Shown piece by piece: positions 33,598 through 45,773 of a DNA stretch of 64,000 nt; position 1 is the stretch's first letter, and every line of letters begins with the position of its first letter. The notes beneath the pieces were generated by a model, which saw only the letters and a program-made list of their open reading frames with translations, was not told where the DNA came from and made no database searches. The position numbers were made by a program, and so were the translations under genes. Origin of the DNA: Heptranchias perlo (lineage: Eukaryota); assembly GCF_035084215.1 (NCBI RefSeq), contig NC_090353.1, forward strand, positions 13,144,001-13,208,000, in the 5' to 3' direction.

Positions 33598-34854
33598 ATG
33601 GGTGGTGCGTTGACATCGTCGGAGGACGAACAGGATGACCAGCCCCAGCAGCCTCGCAGTCCACGCCGTCCGCCTCGGAGAGGTGGGGCCCCCCAACACG
33701 GTGCTGCGGCACACCCACCTGCACAGAAGGAGGGAGGGCAACCGCAGAGAGAGATGCGTCGCAGGAGGCACTACCCTCCGCACAGGGTGTACAGAGCGAG
33801 GCTCAGCTTCATGGACCTCTCCGAGGAGCAGTGCATACGTCGGCTCAGAGTCAATCGCCAGGTAGTCGCCGACATCTGCAGCCTCCTTAACGACGAGCTG
33901 CTCCCTGATGGACCAAGCAGCATCTTCTTACCTGTCGCCGTCAAAGTCACCACTGCCCTCAACTTCTTCGCATCCGGTTCCTTCCAGGGTGCCACCGGGG
34001 ACATCACCGGGGTCTGTCAGTCCTCTGCACACAAGTGCATAAGGCAGGTCACCGATGGGTTGTTCCGCAGGGCCTCCCACTACATCAACTTCGCCATGGA
34101 CGAGCGCAGCCAGATGGAGAGGGCGGTTGGATTCCATGCCATGGCCGGCTTCCCACGGGTGCAGGGTGTAATCGACTGCACCCACATCGCAATACGGGCA
34201 CCTCCACATGAGCCAGGGCTGTTCATCAACAGGAAGGGGTATCACTCCATGAACGCCCAGCTCATCTGTGACCACCGCCAGAGATTCCTACACGTGTGCG
34301 CCAGATACCCCGGCAGCTGCCACGATGCCTTCGTCCTCAGGGAGTCCGCCGTCCCGCCCATCCTGCAGGCACCCAACGCCGGCAACGGCTGGCTCCTCGG
34401 CGACAAGGGGTATCCCCTCCACACGTGGCTCATGACACCTCTGAGGAACCCCATCACCGAGCCGGAGCGTCGGTACAATGACAGCCACACTGCTACCAGG
34501 TCTACAATTGAGCAGACCATAGGGCTTCTCAAGATGCGCTTCAGGTGCCTTGATCGTTCTGGGGGAGCGCTGCAATACACACCATTCAGAGTGGGACGAA
34601 TCATAGTTGTCTGCTGTGCCCTGCACAACATGGCCCAACAGAGAGGGGTGCCGCTGGAGGAGGCCCCATCCACACCCGCCACCCACATTGAGGAAGGCGA
34701 GGGCGAGGAGGAGGAGGAGGAGGAGGAGGAGGAGGCGGAGGAGGTGGAGGAGGAGGACGCGCCAGAGGATGTTGGACGACCCATGCGCCGAGCCGCGACT
34801 CACCGGGATGGTCGCCGGGTCAGGGAAGCACTCATACGTCAACGGTTCTCCTAG
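33598..34854 (+). CDS. Harbinger DDE transposase, intact, 418 aa from MGGALTSSED
   Basis: Same DDE motifs (IDCTH, GDKGY, TIEQ). Start chosen by homology with the ATG at 23685. Confidence 0.93.
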   Translation: MGGALTSSEDEQDDQPQQPRSPRRPPRRGGAPQHGAAAHPPAQKEGGQPQREMRRRRHYPPHRVYRARLSFMDLSEEQCIRRLRVNRQVVADICSLLNDELLPDGPSSIFLPVAVKVTTALNFFASGSFQGATGDITGVCQSSAHKCIRQVTDGLFRRASHYINFAMDERSQMERAVGFHAMAGFPRVQGVIDCTHIAIRAPPHEPGLFINRKGYHSMNAQLICDHRQRFLHVCARYPGSCHDAFVLRESAVPPILQAPNAGNGWLLGDKGYPLHTWLMTPLRNPITEPERRYNDSHTATRSTIEQTIGLLKMRFRCLDRSGGALQYTPFRVGRIIVVCCALHNMAQQRGVPLEEAPSTPATHIEEGEGEEEEEEEEEEAEEVEEEDAPEDVGRPMRRAATHRDGRRVREALIRQRFS

Positions 34855-35151
34855 AGTCAGACACTGCGAGGCGCTCGCATCTCCTCACCTGCACATGCGA
34901 GCGGCCATACCAGCCCCCTCCACTGAAGAGTGCTGCCAGTAATCCTGCACCCACAGCAGTGTGCCCAATGGGTGGCAGCAGGTGTTCGCCGTCATGATGG
35001 CCTCCACGGAACGCAACTATTGCACAAGCCGCGGAAGAATGGACGAGAGGTGGCAGGAGTGGTGAGAATAGACTATTTAATATCTCGAATGTGACATTAT
35101 ATAAGAAAAAAAGTACAAAATAATAAACACCCTGGTGTATTCCCTTTGTGA

Positions 35152-36991
35152 TTATAAGGCCTTTGCAATTCTTTTCCGGGAACCCCTACGTGGTGCTACC
35201 CCTGTGGCTCCAGCAGAGGTAGTGGCAGGTTGCTCGTCTTCTTGCCTTGACCGGGTAGATGCTTTTGGCGGACGGCCCCTGGGTTTCGGTGCCCGTGTTG
35301 GCACCTCCACAGACTGCTCCTCCTGCACCGGGGCAGGGGCAGACTCGGCCACCTGGAGAGGAGGCACCATTGCGGGTACTGGTTGAGAGGTGGGCGACGG
35401 GTGGGACGTGGGGACGCCTTAATAGGCGTCCCCGCTTCCATGTCCCCTGTCACCATCATCCCTCTCTTGGCCTCGGCCCACATCACCCCTTCCACCCTGC
35501 TGGACGGCAGTTTGGATGGCATGTGTGAGGCCTTGCAAGGCCACCCCTAGTGTATCCCTCAGACTGTTGGTGGCGTCGGAATGTTGCTCACCCTGAATCC
35601 GTACAGACGTTGTCAGGGCCTGCATGGACTCGATCTGGAGCTGTGCGTGACGCTCGAGGGAGGCCAGCCTGTCCTCCACCGCAGACAGTCCCGCACCTAC
35701 CTGCGACACTGTGTCGCCGGTACCCTCCTGTGCCTGCGCCACCAATGCCCACATGCAGGAGGTGGACTCCTCCATCGCCTGCGCTATTGTGGACAATGCG
35801 CGCGGCACCTCTGCCAGTACCTCAGCAATTAGCTGGTGGCCCTCGACGACTCTCCTTTTCACTGGTGGCCCCCTGGGTTCAGCATCTGGGTCCGGCTGAG
35901 CAGAGCCTGGAGATGAGTGCTCCCTCCGTCGCGGACCCTCCGCGGCTGCCCCTGCCACCAGGGTCTGCTCATGCTCACTCGTGCGCGGTGACTCACCAAG
36001 TGCTACCCCAACTAGTTGGCGAGGGGGACCCACCGAGGTGCGTGTCTCTGCGCTGGTGGATGGTTGGCTCTGATGTGACGATGCACCCTCAGAGACCACC
36101 ATGTCCTCTGAGGAATCGCCCTCCACGATCGCTTCACCCAAAGACGGACCTGCAAGAGAACAGAGGGCACTTTGAGGCATATGGACCAACTTGACAGTGC
36201 GCCTGATGGCAGGTGATGAGACGGTAACTCGCGATCATGGGTGTTGAGTGTCAGCTTTCCCTTACCGGCCGTTTCGGCAGCGACACACTCGCCATCGGCC
36301 ACCGACAGGCAATGTCGCGTGCGGGCGAGGTCGAGCGCCTCCACCTCTGCGTCGGTGAGCTCCACCACTTGCGGCGGCCCACCTCCGGTGCGTGCCCTTT
36401 CCCTATTGTTCTTGCTTCTCTTCTCCTGTGAAGGCAAAACACAGATGTGTGAGTGGGTGCGTCTTGCATCGTGAGACGCATCGAGCATCGGTGTGGTTGG
36501 GTTGAGCATGGCGCGGAACGGATGGGAGGAAGCGTGGGCCACGTGCCCATCCCATTGCATGGGGATTGGGGTGTGTGGTAGTGTTCGGGTGGGGTCAGGG
36601 ACGGTAGGTACTTGCGTGCACGGCGAGGATGGTGAATGAGTGGCTGTGAGGATTGCTGATGGAGCGCAGTGGTGGCTGTGCAGGAGGGGGTTGTGATCTG
36701 CTTGGCGTGATGGTGGGGACGGGATGTGGGAGGGTGCGTTGGTGTACTCACCTTGCCAGACCTAGTCAGGTCATTGAAGCGCTTGCGGCACTGCTCCCAA
36801 GTCCTTGGGGTGTTGCCCCTGCTGCTCACCTCCGCCGCCACCTCTGCCCATGCCTTCCTGGTTGCGGCGGCAGGGAACTTGCGTCCATCTTCTGGGAAGA
36901 GTGTTTCCCTCCTCCTCCTCACGCCCTCCAGCATCAGCTGCAGTGCCAGATCTGAAAAACGGGGCGCAGCCTTTCCCCTTTGCTGAGCCAT
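35152..36991 (-). pseudogene. Harbinger Myb/SANT gene (exons 36991-36752, 36425-36266, 36149-35152) with a premature TAA at 35421-35419
   Basis: Exon sizes 240 and 160 nt match copy 1. TAA replaces the CAA (Gln) seen in copies 1 and 3; the downstream frame continues in phase to ..RRGSRKRIAKAL*. Confidence 0.85.
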
Positions 36992-37249
36992 CGTCTCAAA
37001 CCGCTTGCTTGTAGCAGGAGGGGCTTTGGGAGACTGCCCCTTTAACTGGAGCTCCTACATCACGTCGACGGTACTGCGCATGCGCAGCCGGCCGGCACGC
37101 AGCTGGGGAGCGCAGAACCCGGAAGCAGGGCTTAATCGGTCCAATTATCCCGCGATCGCGTGGGGGACGCACACGATTAGCCGTCCGCGTTTTCCACGCT
37201 CCCGGAGGACCACCCGCTGGGAACCCGCAGGCCTGCTAAATTCGAGCCC

Positions 37250-37480
37250 ATGGAGTCAGAGGGGCGGAGGGAGCAGAGGATAAACAGTAACACAGAGTTG
37301 GAAGAATGGAGAGTGTGAGGAATGAAAAGCAACCCAGAGTTGGAGGAGTGGAGGTGCAAAGAATGAACAGTAACATGGAGTTGGAGGAGGGAGGGTGTGA
37401 TGGATCAACTGCAATATGGATTTGGAGGAGTGGAGGATGCAGACTGGGGCACAAGGCTGGAAAGGATCATTGAGGTAAGG
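37250..37480. repeat. Degenerate purine-rich tandem repeat (aacagtaacatggagttggaggag-like), target of Harbinger 2
   Basis: Several related units visible; the left flank aacagtaacATG at 33053-33064 matches the unit. Confidence 0.6.
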
Positions 37481-38044
37481 TGGAGTGACAGAACAATAAA
37501 AAGTTGGAATAATTAGGAGCGATTCTAGGGTTTGAAGAAGGGTGGCAAAGGGCAATAACTCCTCATTCCTCCACCCCTCCAACCCCACCTTTATAGTTAC
37601 ATCTGTCCCATGAAGAGATTTGAAAATGAGGCTGAGGACCTTGAAATCAATACATTGGGGACAGGAAGCCAGTGAAGCTTGGCAAGGGCAGGAGTATAGG
37701 GTGTGTAGGATTTTGTATGAGAGTGTTCATGGCTGCATGAATGAACTGAAATTTGCAAAGTTTGAAAGAGGGGTGACCAGTGAGGAGAGCTTTGAAGAAA
37801 TCTGCTTGAGCGCCCCTGAGAGTGACTGTCAATCAAAACACTGCTTATGAGCGTGCCTTCAACAATAAGGTAATGAACAACAATGGCCTACAATAAAGCT
37901 GAACATTGTGATTTATTCTTGGTGCTAAATTACCAATTAGTGGTAATAATACCCAACGCTGATTCAACGCTTCTGTTGACAGCTAATACCACATGAGCAC
38001 TAAGGGACACAAAATAACGCCAGCTCTTCAATTTAATATAGTCT

Positions 38045-38580
38045 CAGCTTGGCTCACTTGACAGCACTCGCACATGAGTCAACGGATTGTGGATTCCAGC
38101 CCCACTCCAAAACTTAAACACATAAATTAGATTGACAATTCAGTGCAGTACTGAGGGAATGCCACTGATAATTGAGGTCGAGTGTAGGACATTAGTAGGA
38201 CAATTTTACAAATTTTACATTCCTGCCATGGAGCTCCACATGGAGCGAGGATGCATATCTGGAATTCAGGCACATGATCCCCACAATTCTCATGGGGATC
38301 ACGTGCCCAATTTCCTGATATGTGCGTCCGCCGGGAACAGTTGGTATTATGCTGGTAGTATAAATTCATAAAATTATTTCTTATAGATCTATACTACTAT
38401 TTTTCAGTGCTCTCCCTCGCTAATAATCTTCCCTTAATCGACACCGCCTGAAAATAGATTAACTAATGATTCATCTCATGGCTGTTTATGGGATGTTGCA
38501 GGTGATGACGGCCTCAATACTTCAAAAAGGAATTGATTGTGGGAAGCATCTTTGAAACATTTTGGCATGATAAATGCAGG
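38045..38580 (+). mobile_element. Decayed Deu-domain SINE with an internal insertion
   Basis: tRNA head cagcttggctca..gattccagccccactcc; SINE body resumes at ~38410. Confidence 0.5.
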
Positions 38581-38789
38581 CTGCATAAAAGAAACCATGG
38601 CTAATTCTCTCTTTGTCAACTTGATTTACCTCATTTTGGCTTAGGAATCTTTAATGTGCACAGCAATCAGTAAAGTATGTGTTATTAAGGCACTTGAGCT
38701 ATTAATGAGGTGATTTTTAGACTAGTGTATTACTGTGCAGAAAATGGTGCCTGGATATCTAATGGGTGAGCTTTTTTCTCTCCTTTTCT

Positions 38790-39045
38790 CACAGTTCCCC
38801 TCATCCTTTCCTGAAGGTGCAGTTTCTTGTTTGGGTATTGTTTCATTAGTGGCAATCTTCTCCGCTATGTCACCTAAGCAGCTATTCTTTACATGCGAGC
38901 CTAGACAGTGATTGTTTGCCGGCTATTTGACTATACAGGGCATCACGGCTGTGTTTAACTCAGTCCTGGCCCGAAATCCAAACATGCCTACTTTCAGCAG
39001 GGGTCACTAGACAGCAATCAGGAACAGGAACTTTGGCCAGTTGCC
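38790..39045 (-). mobile_element. LF-SINE-like element
   Basis: gagcctagacagtga..ggctatttgac..catcacggc, reverse complement of the LF-SINE-like body. Confidence 0.55.
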
Positions 39046-39129
39046 CCCTCCTTCACTCTTAGTGCCCCTACAGCCTTCTCAGTTGACACTGATAGCTCTG
39101 CACACATCAGGGATTGAAACTGGGACCAT

Positions 39130-39630
39130 AGTTTTCTGTACTTCCACCTCCGTAACATCGCTCATCTCCGCCCCTGCCTCAGCTCATCTGCTGATGAAAC
39201 ACTCATCCCAGTCCGGCAACACCTCGATTTTAAAATTCTCATTCTTGTTTTCGAATACCTCCATGGCTTCACCCCTCCTTATCTCTGTAACCTCCTCCAG
39301 CCCTACAGCCCTCCGAGATCTCTGCGCTCCTACAATTCTGGCCTCTTGCACATCTTCGATTTTCATCGTTCCACCATTGGCGGCTATGCCATCAGCTGCC
39401 TAGGCCCTAAGCTCTGGAATTCCCTCCCTGAATCTCTCCAACTCTCTCTCCTCCTTTAAGACGCACCTTAAAACCTATCTCTTTGACCAAGCTTTTGGTG
39501 ACTTGTCCTAATATCCCTTTATGTAGCTCGGTGTCAAATTTTGTTTGATAACACTCCTGAGAAGCGCCTTGGGACGTTTTACTATGTTAAAGGTGCCAAA
39601 TAAATGCAAGTTGTTGTTGTTGTTGTTGTA
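39130..39630 (+). mobile_element. L2-clade LINE 3' end
   Basis: ctctggaattccctccct..cttaaaacctatctctttgaccaagc..aaatgcaag(ttg)n; same family at 63090-63405 and, on the minus strand, 61445-61660. Confidence 0.75.
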
Positions 39631-40484
39631 TGACTTAGCAACTCTCCACCTTGGCACATTATAAAATTCACATTTCACAAGACTGGGGAGAGGTTTGGCT
39701 TAATGGGAAGTGGACACAGCAGAGTCAGCTAAATGGTTAATCGCTGTCTTGATGATGAAGAGGCCAGGTTGGAGGGAGAAGGACTTAAAGAAGTAGTTGG
39801 TAGTAAAGCAAAGGAGCTGAAGTTGTCTTTGCTCTCCAGGATCATCCTGGAAAAGTGGGCAATTTTGGCAACGGAGAGCAAAGTCCGGTAGAACTTGATA
39901 TAGCTGAGTCAGATCTGGCGATGGAAGGCCAGTTATGCATCAGGTAGGCTCAAGTTTGCACTCCTTGGTCTTAATGGAATGAAAATGGGAGCCATACCAG
40001 GGGAAATGGCAGGGATGGGAGATTGTGGCGGTGTCTCCCACCCCTTTCATTCCCCCAATACCATGCTTTTGCTCCATCCCCCATTATCCTTTCTCCTGCC
40101 CATTGCTCTCTTCAGCTCCTTGTAAAACACTTTGAGACGTTCTTCTATGTGAGGGCTGCTGTAACTGTTACTGAAATTTAAAATTTAATAATTAGGTACT
40201 GAACCAACTGGGAACACATTGGTTCTGTACCTAATTATTAAATGCAGAAACCATAGACACTTGTATTGAGACAAATGAATAGAAAGAAAGAACTTGCTTT
40301 GAAATAGCGCCTTATCACGACCACAAACAGCAAATTCATGAATAACCAATTAATCTGTTTTTTTTGGCAGTGTTGGTTGAGATAAATGTCGAGTAGGAGA
40401 GCTCCATGCTCTTCTTTGAATAATGCCGCAGGATCGTTTACATCCACTTGAACAGGCAGATGGGGCCTTGGTTTAACATTTCAT

Positions 40485-43400
40485 TAACGGAGGACTGGAA
40501 GAGACAAACATCATTAGAATAAAGAATAGTTCAGAAATAGGAAGGGTGAAATATAAAGCAGACTAAGGTGGGTTTGGAGTGCATGTGCGTAAATGCATGG
40601 AAGGTGGTAAATAAAGTTGGTGAGCATGCAGGCACAAGTCGCCACATGGGATTATATTATAGTGGTGATAACAGAGACCTGGCTCAAACAAGGTACTTAA
40701 TATTCCTGGCTACAAAATATTCAGGAAAGATAGGGAAGGAAACAAAGGCGGGGGGTGGGGCGGTGGTGGCGGCAGTATTGATCAAAGATACTGTTGCAGC
40801 ACTACAAAGGGATGATATACTTGAGGGTTCAAAGACAGAATCTACTTGGTTAGAATTAAGGAACAGTAGAGTTGCTATTACGCTACTGGATGTATTCTAT
40901 AGGCCACCAAATAGTGGGAAGCAGATAGAAGAGCAAATTTGAAGGCAACTTGCAGAAAGATGCAAGAACTTTAGAGTAGTGATAATGGAGGACTTCAATT
41001 ATCCTAATATAGACTGGGAAAATAGCAGTGTAAAGGACAAAGAGGGGGAGGAGTTCCTGAAATGTGTAAAAGAAAACTTTCTTGATCAGTATATTTCCAG
41101 CCCAATGAGGAATGAAGCAGTGCTGGATCTAGCTCTGAGGAATGAAGTGGGGCAAGTGGAGCACGTTTCAGTGGGAGAGCATTTGGGAAACAGTGATCAC
41201 AATATCATTAGGTTTAGAGTAGTTATGGAAAAGGACAAGGAAAAATCAAATATGAAAATACTCAACTGGAAGAAGGCTAATTTCAGTGAGTTGAAAGGGG
41301 ATCTGGCCCAGGTGGATTGGAATCAAAGATTGGCAGATAAAACGGTGAATGAGCAATGGGAGGCCTTCAAGGAGGAGTTAGTTCGGGTGCATTCCCACAA
41401 GGGAGAAAGGAAAGGCATCCAAAGCTAAAGTTCCCTGGATTACTAAAGGTACAGAGATTAAAATGAAACAGAAAAAAGAGGCTTATGATAAATGTCAGGT
41501 TCATAATGCAATAGAGAATCAAGCTGAATACAGAAAGTACAGAAGAGAACAGAAAAAGGAAATAAGAGAGGCAAAGAGAGAGTATGAGAATAGATTAGCG
41601 GGGAACATAAAAGGGAACCCAAAAGTCCTTTATAAACATATAAATGGTAAAAGAGTAGTCAAAGAAAGGGTGGGGCCGATTAGGAACCAAAAAGGAGATC
41701 TTGTGGAGGCAGAGGGCATGGCTGAGGTACTAAATGAATACTTTGCAAATGTCTTTACTGAGGAAGTGGATGGTGCCAATGTCACAGTAAAGGAGGAGAT
41801 AGTAGAGAGAAATTGGATCGGATAAAAATAGATGAAGAGGAGGTACTTAAAAGGTTGTCAGCGCTCAAAGTAGAAAAGTCACCCGGTCCGGATGGGATGC
41901 ATCCTAGGTTGCTGAGGAAAGTAAGGGTGGAAATTGCAGAGGCTCTTTCAATCCTCCTTAGATATGGGAGTGGTGCCAGAGGTCTGGAGGATTGCAAATG
42001 TTTCACTCCTGTTCAAAGAAGGGGAGAGGGATAAACCCAACAAGTACAGGCCAGTTAACCTAACATCAGTGGTGGGAAAACTTTTAGAGATAATAATCTG
42101 GAACAAAATTAAATGGCACTTGGAAAAATATGGGTTAATAAATGAAAGACATCACAGATTTTGTAAAGACAAATCGTGTTTGACTGACTTGATTGAGTTC
42201 TTTGATGAAGTAGTGCAGTTGATGAGGGTAGTGCAGTTGATGTTGTGTATATAGACTTTCAAAAGGCGTTTGATAAAGTGCCACTAATAAACTTATTAGC
42301 AAAATTGAAGCCCATGGGATTAACGGGACAGTGGCTGCGTGGATATGAAATTGGCTAAGGGACAGAAAGCAAAGAGTAGTGTGAAAGGTTGTTTTTCAGA
42401 CTGGGGAGAAGTAGACAGTGGTGTCCCCTATGAGTCGGTATTAGGACCACTTTTTGATTTTTATTAAAGAGTATAATTTCAATGTTTGCAGATGATATGA
42501 AACTTGGAAATGTAGTAAACAGTGAGGAGGATAGTAAAAGACTTCAGGAGGGTATAGACAGACTGGTGAAATGGGCTGACACATGGCAGATAAAATTTAA
42601 CGCAGAGAAATGTGAAGTGATTCATTTTGGTAGGAAGAATGAGGAGACCCAATATAAACTAAATGGTACAATTTTAAAGGGGGTGCAGGAACAGCGAGAC
42701 CTGGGGGTGTACATACACAAATCTTTGAAGGTGGCAGGACAAGTTGGGTAGGCTGTTAAAAAGGCATATGGGATCTTTGGCTTTATAAATACAGGCATAG
42801 GGGTCAATTTTCGGATGGCCGAGCGGGTGCGTTCGTGGTGGGGGGGCTGCTAAAATAGGGGATTCCCGGGGCAGGTCAGGAGCCCGGTTCCAACCCGCCC
42901 ACTTCCGGGTTCCCCAATGACGCGCTTAGATGCGCACGCAGCCCCCGCATGTGGGACTCCCACCGGTAATTAAAGCCGGCGGGATCCCACTTAAACCAAT
43001 TAATTACATAGTTCAGGTCATTTGCAGACCTGATTGGGAGGATATTTTAGGAGGGGTGGGATTTTCATGTCAACTGAGCGTGTTTCCCATATTGGGGGAA
43101 ACACTCCCAGTTGAAACAGACGTGTTGCAGCCACCAGTCTGTGGGAGCTGCAAAGGTCCATTTGACAGGTGTGGGGGGAGACCCTCACTCATTGCAGGAG
43201 GCCACTCTGTCACTTTGGACAAAGTTTGGCCTGCACCACCCTCCTCCTAACACAAAAATTCACCAACTTGGAACCTCAACCCCGGTGTCCAGACACATTT
43301 ACCTACCTTGCGGACCCCTTCAAATGTACATCTTCCAGATGGGGGCCGCAATAGCTGCAGTCATGACCTCCTCGGAGGACGAACAGCATCACCAGCCTTG

Positions 43401-45773
43401 CCGGCCACGCCGTCCACCTCAGACACGTGGAGCTCCACAACACAGTGCTGTGACACATCCACCTGCACAGCAGGAGGGAGGGCAAATGCAGAAAGAGATG
43501 CGTTGCAGAAGGCACTACCCTCGCCACAAGGTCTACAGACCGAGGCTCAGCTTCCTGGACCTCTCTGAGGAGCAGTGCACACAGAGGCTCAGAGTCACTC
43601 GACATGTAGTCGTGGACATCTGCAGCCTCCTTCATGCCGAGCTGCTCCCGGCTGGCCCGAGCACCATCTTCTTACCTGTCGCTGTCAAAGTCACCACTGC
43701 CCTCAACAACTTCTCCTCCGCATCCTTCCAGTGTGCCACCGGGGACATCGCCGGCGTCTCTCAGTCGTCTGCACAAAAGAGCCCTGCAAGTACACCTACA
43801 CCCACTCTGCAGTGACCCAATGAGTGGCATCAGGCGTGGATCTTCATGGTGATCCTCAGGAAAGGGAATTATTGCACAAACCAGACAAGATTTGCAAAGA
43901 TGTGGCAGTAGTGGTGATAACAACATTTAATGTGGTTGGCAAAAGAAAAAAATCTAAATGAAAAACATGACATTCCATCATACACCCTTGTGCATCCCCT
44001 TTGTGCTCACAAAACCTTAGCCTTACGTTTACGGGAACCCCTACGTGGTGCTACCCCTGTAGCTTCAGCAGATGTAGTGGCAGTTTGCTCTTGTCCATGC
44101 CCCGACTGATGAGATGCTTTGCGCGGACGCCCTCTGGGTTTCGGTGCCTGTGAGGGCCCCTCCAAAGACTGCTCCACCTGCACCTGTGCAGGAACAGACT
44201 CGGCCACCTGGAGATGAGGCAGCATTGCGGGTACTGGTTGAGAGGGGGGCAACGGGTGAGACGTGGGAGCGTTTTGAGTGGCGTCCCCACTTCCATGTCA
44301 CCTTTCGCCATCATCCTTCTCCTGGGCCTTCTGGCATCTCTTCTCCTATCAAGGCAAAACACAGAGAGTCGTGATTGAGTGATGGTTGCATAGTGACCCA
44401 CTGCATGCATTGGTGTGAGTGGAGGTGACTATAAGGGAGATGCATGGGAGGGTGCATGTGAGACATAGCCATGAGATTGTATGAGGATTGGGTTGCATGG
44501 TAGTGATCGAATGGGAACTGGGGCGGTGAGTAAGTGCAGGCAAGGTGAGGATGATGGTTGAGTGGATGTGAGGAGTGATGCGAGAGCGTTGTGGTGGCAG
44601 TGCAGAAGGACTTGTGTGGTGGTGGAGGTGATGTGGAAGATGGAGTGTGGGAGAATGCGTAAGTATACTCACTTTGGCTGACCTGGTTAGGTCATTAAAG
44701 CACTTCCTGCACTGGACCCAGGTTCGGGAGATGTTACTGCTGCTGCTGACCTCCTCTGCCACCTCGAGCCAGACCTTCTTGGTGGCAGAGGCAGGCCACT
44801 TCCTCCTGTCCGCTGGGAAAAACGTTTCCCTCCTCCTCCTGACCCCATCGAGCAGCACCTGGAGTGAGGAGTCTGAGAACCTTGGGGCAGCCTTGCCTCT
44901 GGGCTGCTCCGTGCTGCCAATTTGGTTCTTTGCTGCAGGAGGAGCATTGAAGGACTGCCCCTTTAAATAGGACTCCTCCTGCTGACAGCCTGTGATGCGG
45001 GTGCGCAGTGCGTCCGCAGCTAAGGTCTGCAACGGGAAACCTGGAAGCACGGGTAAGTACCTTCAATTAGGCTGCGATCGCGTGCGGAGCACACTGATTT
45101 CACTGGGCGCATTACCCACGCGCCCAGTCGACCCCCCATTGCCAACCCGCCTCCCTCCTAATATCAGGCCCATAGAGTAGAAAAGCAAGGAAGTTATGCT
45201 AAACCTTTATAAAACATTGGTTTGGCCCCAGCTGAAGTATTATGGCCATTTCTAGGCACCACACTTTAGGAAGGATGTCAAGGCCTTGGAGAGGGTACAG
45301 AGGAGATTTACTAGAATGGTATCAGGGATGTGGCACTTCAATTATGTGGAGAGACTGGAGAAGCTGGGATTCTCCTTAGAGCAGAGACGGTTAACAGGAG
45401 ATTTGAGAGAGGTGTTCAAAATCACGAAGGGTCTCAATACAGTAAATAAGGAGAAATTGTTTCCAGTGGCAAAAGGGTCGGTAACCAGAGGACACAGATT
45501 TAAGATAGTTGGCAAAAAAAGAGGTGACATGAGGAAAAAAATTTATGCAGTGAGTTGTTATGATCTGGAATGCACTGCCTGAAAGGGTGTTGGAAGCAGA
45601 TTCAATAGTAACTTTCAAAAGGGAATTGGATAAATACTGAAAGGGGAAAATTTTGCAGGGTTATGGGGAAAGAGGAGGGAAGTAGGACTAATTGGATAGC
45701 TCTTTCAAAGAGCCAGCACAGGCACGATGGGCCGAATGGTCTCCTTCTGTGTTGTATTAGTCTATGATTCTAT
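40485..45773 (+). mobile_element. CR1 LINE (APE+RT, decayed), inserted in a minus-strand SINE (40280-40484 / 45774-45915) and interrupted by Harbinger 3
   Basis: EDFNYPNIDW, SDHNII, KSPGPDGMHPR, FADD; ctatgattctat tail. Confidence 0.9.
42800..45171. mobile_element. Internally deleted non-autonomous Harbinger (2372 bp)
   Basis: TSD ATA; termini ggggtcaatttt / aatatcaggccc; truncated transposase 43339-43815 (+) lacking DDE; Myb exon 1 at 44912-44673 (-) with ATG>ACG. Confidence 0.88.

Larger units (their letters stand above)
33065..37249. mobile_element. Near-intact PIF/Harbinger transposon (4185 bp), related family, opposite orientation to the first
   Basis: TIRs gggctcgattttgc / gctaaattcgagccc; TSD ATG (33062-33064 and 37250-37252). 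Confidence 0.93.

Noticed and set aside
22450-34854. Host genes HARBI1/NAIF1
   Set aside because: The ORFs are bounded by TIRs and TSDs, are multi-copy and interrupt other repeats, so they are transposon genes.
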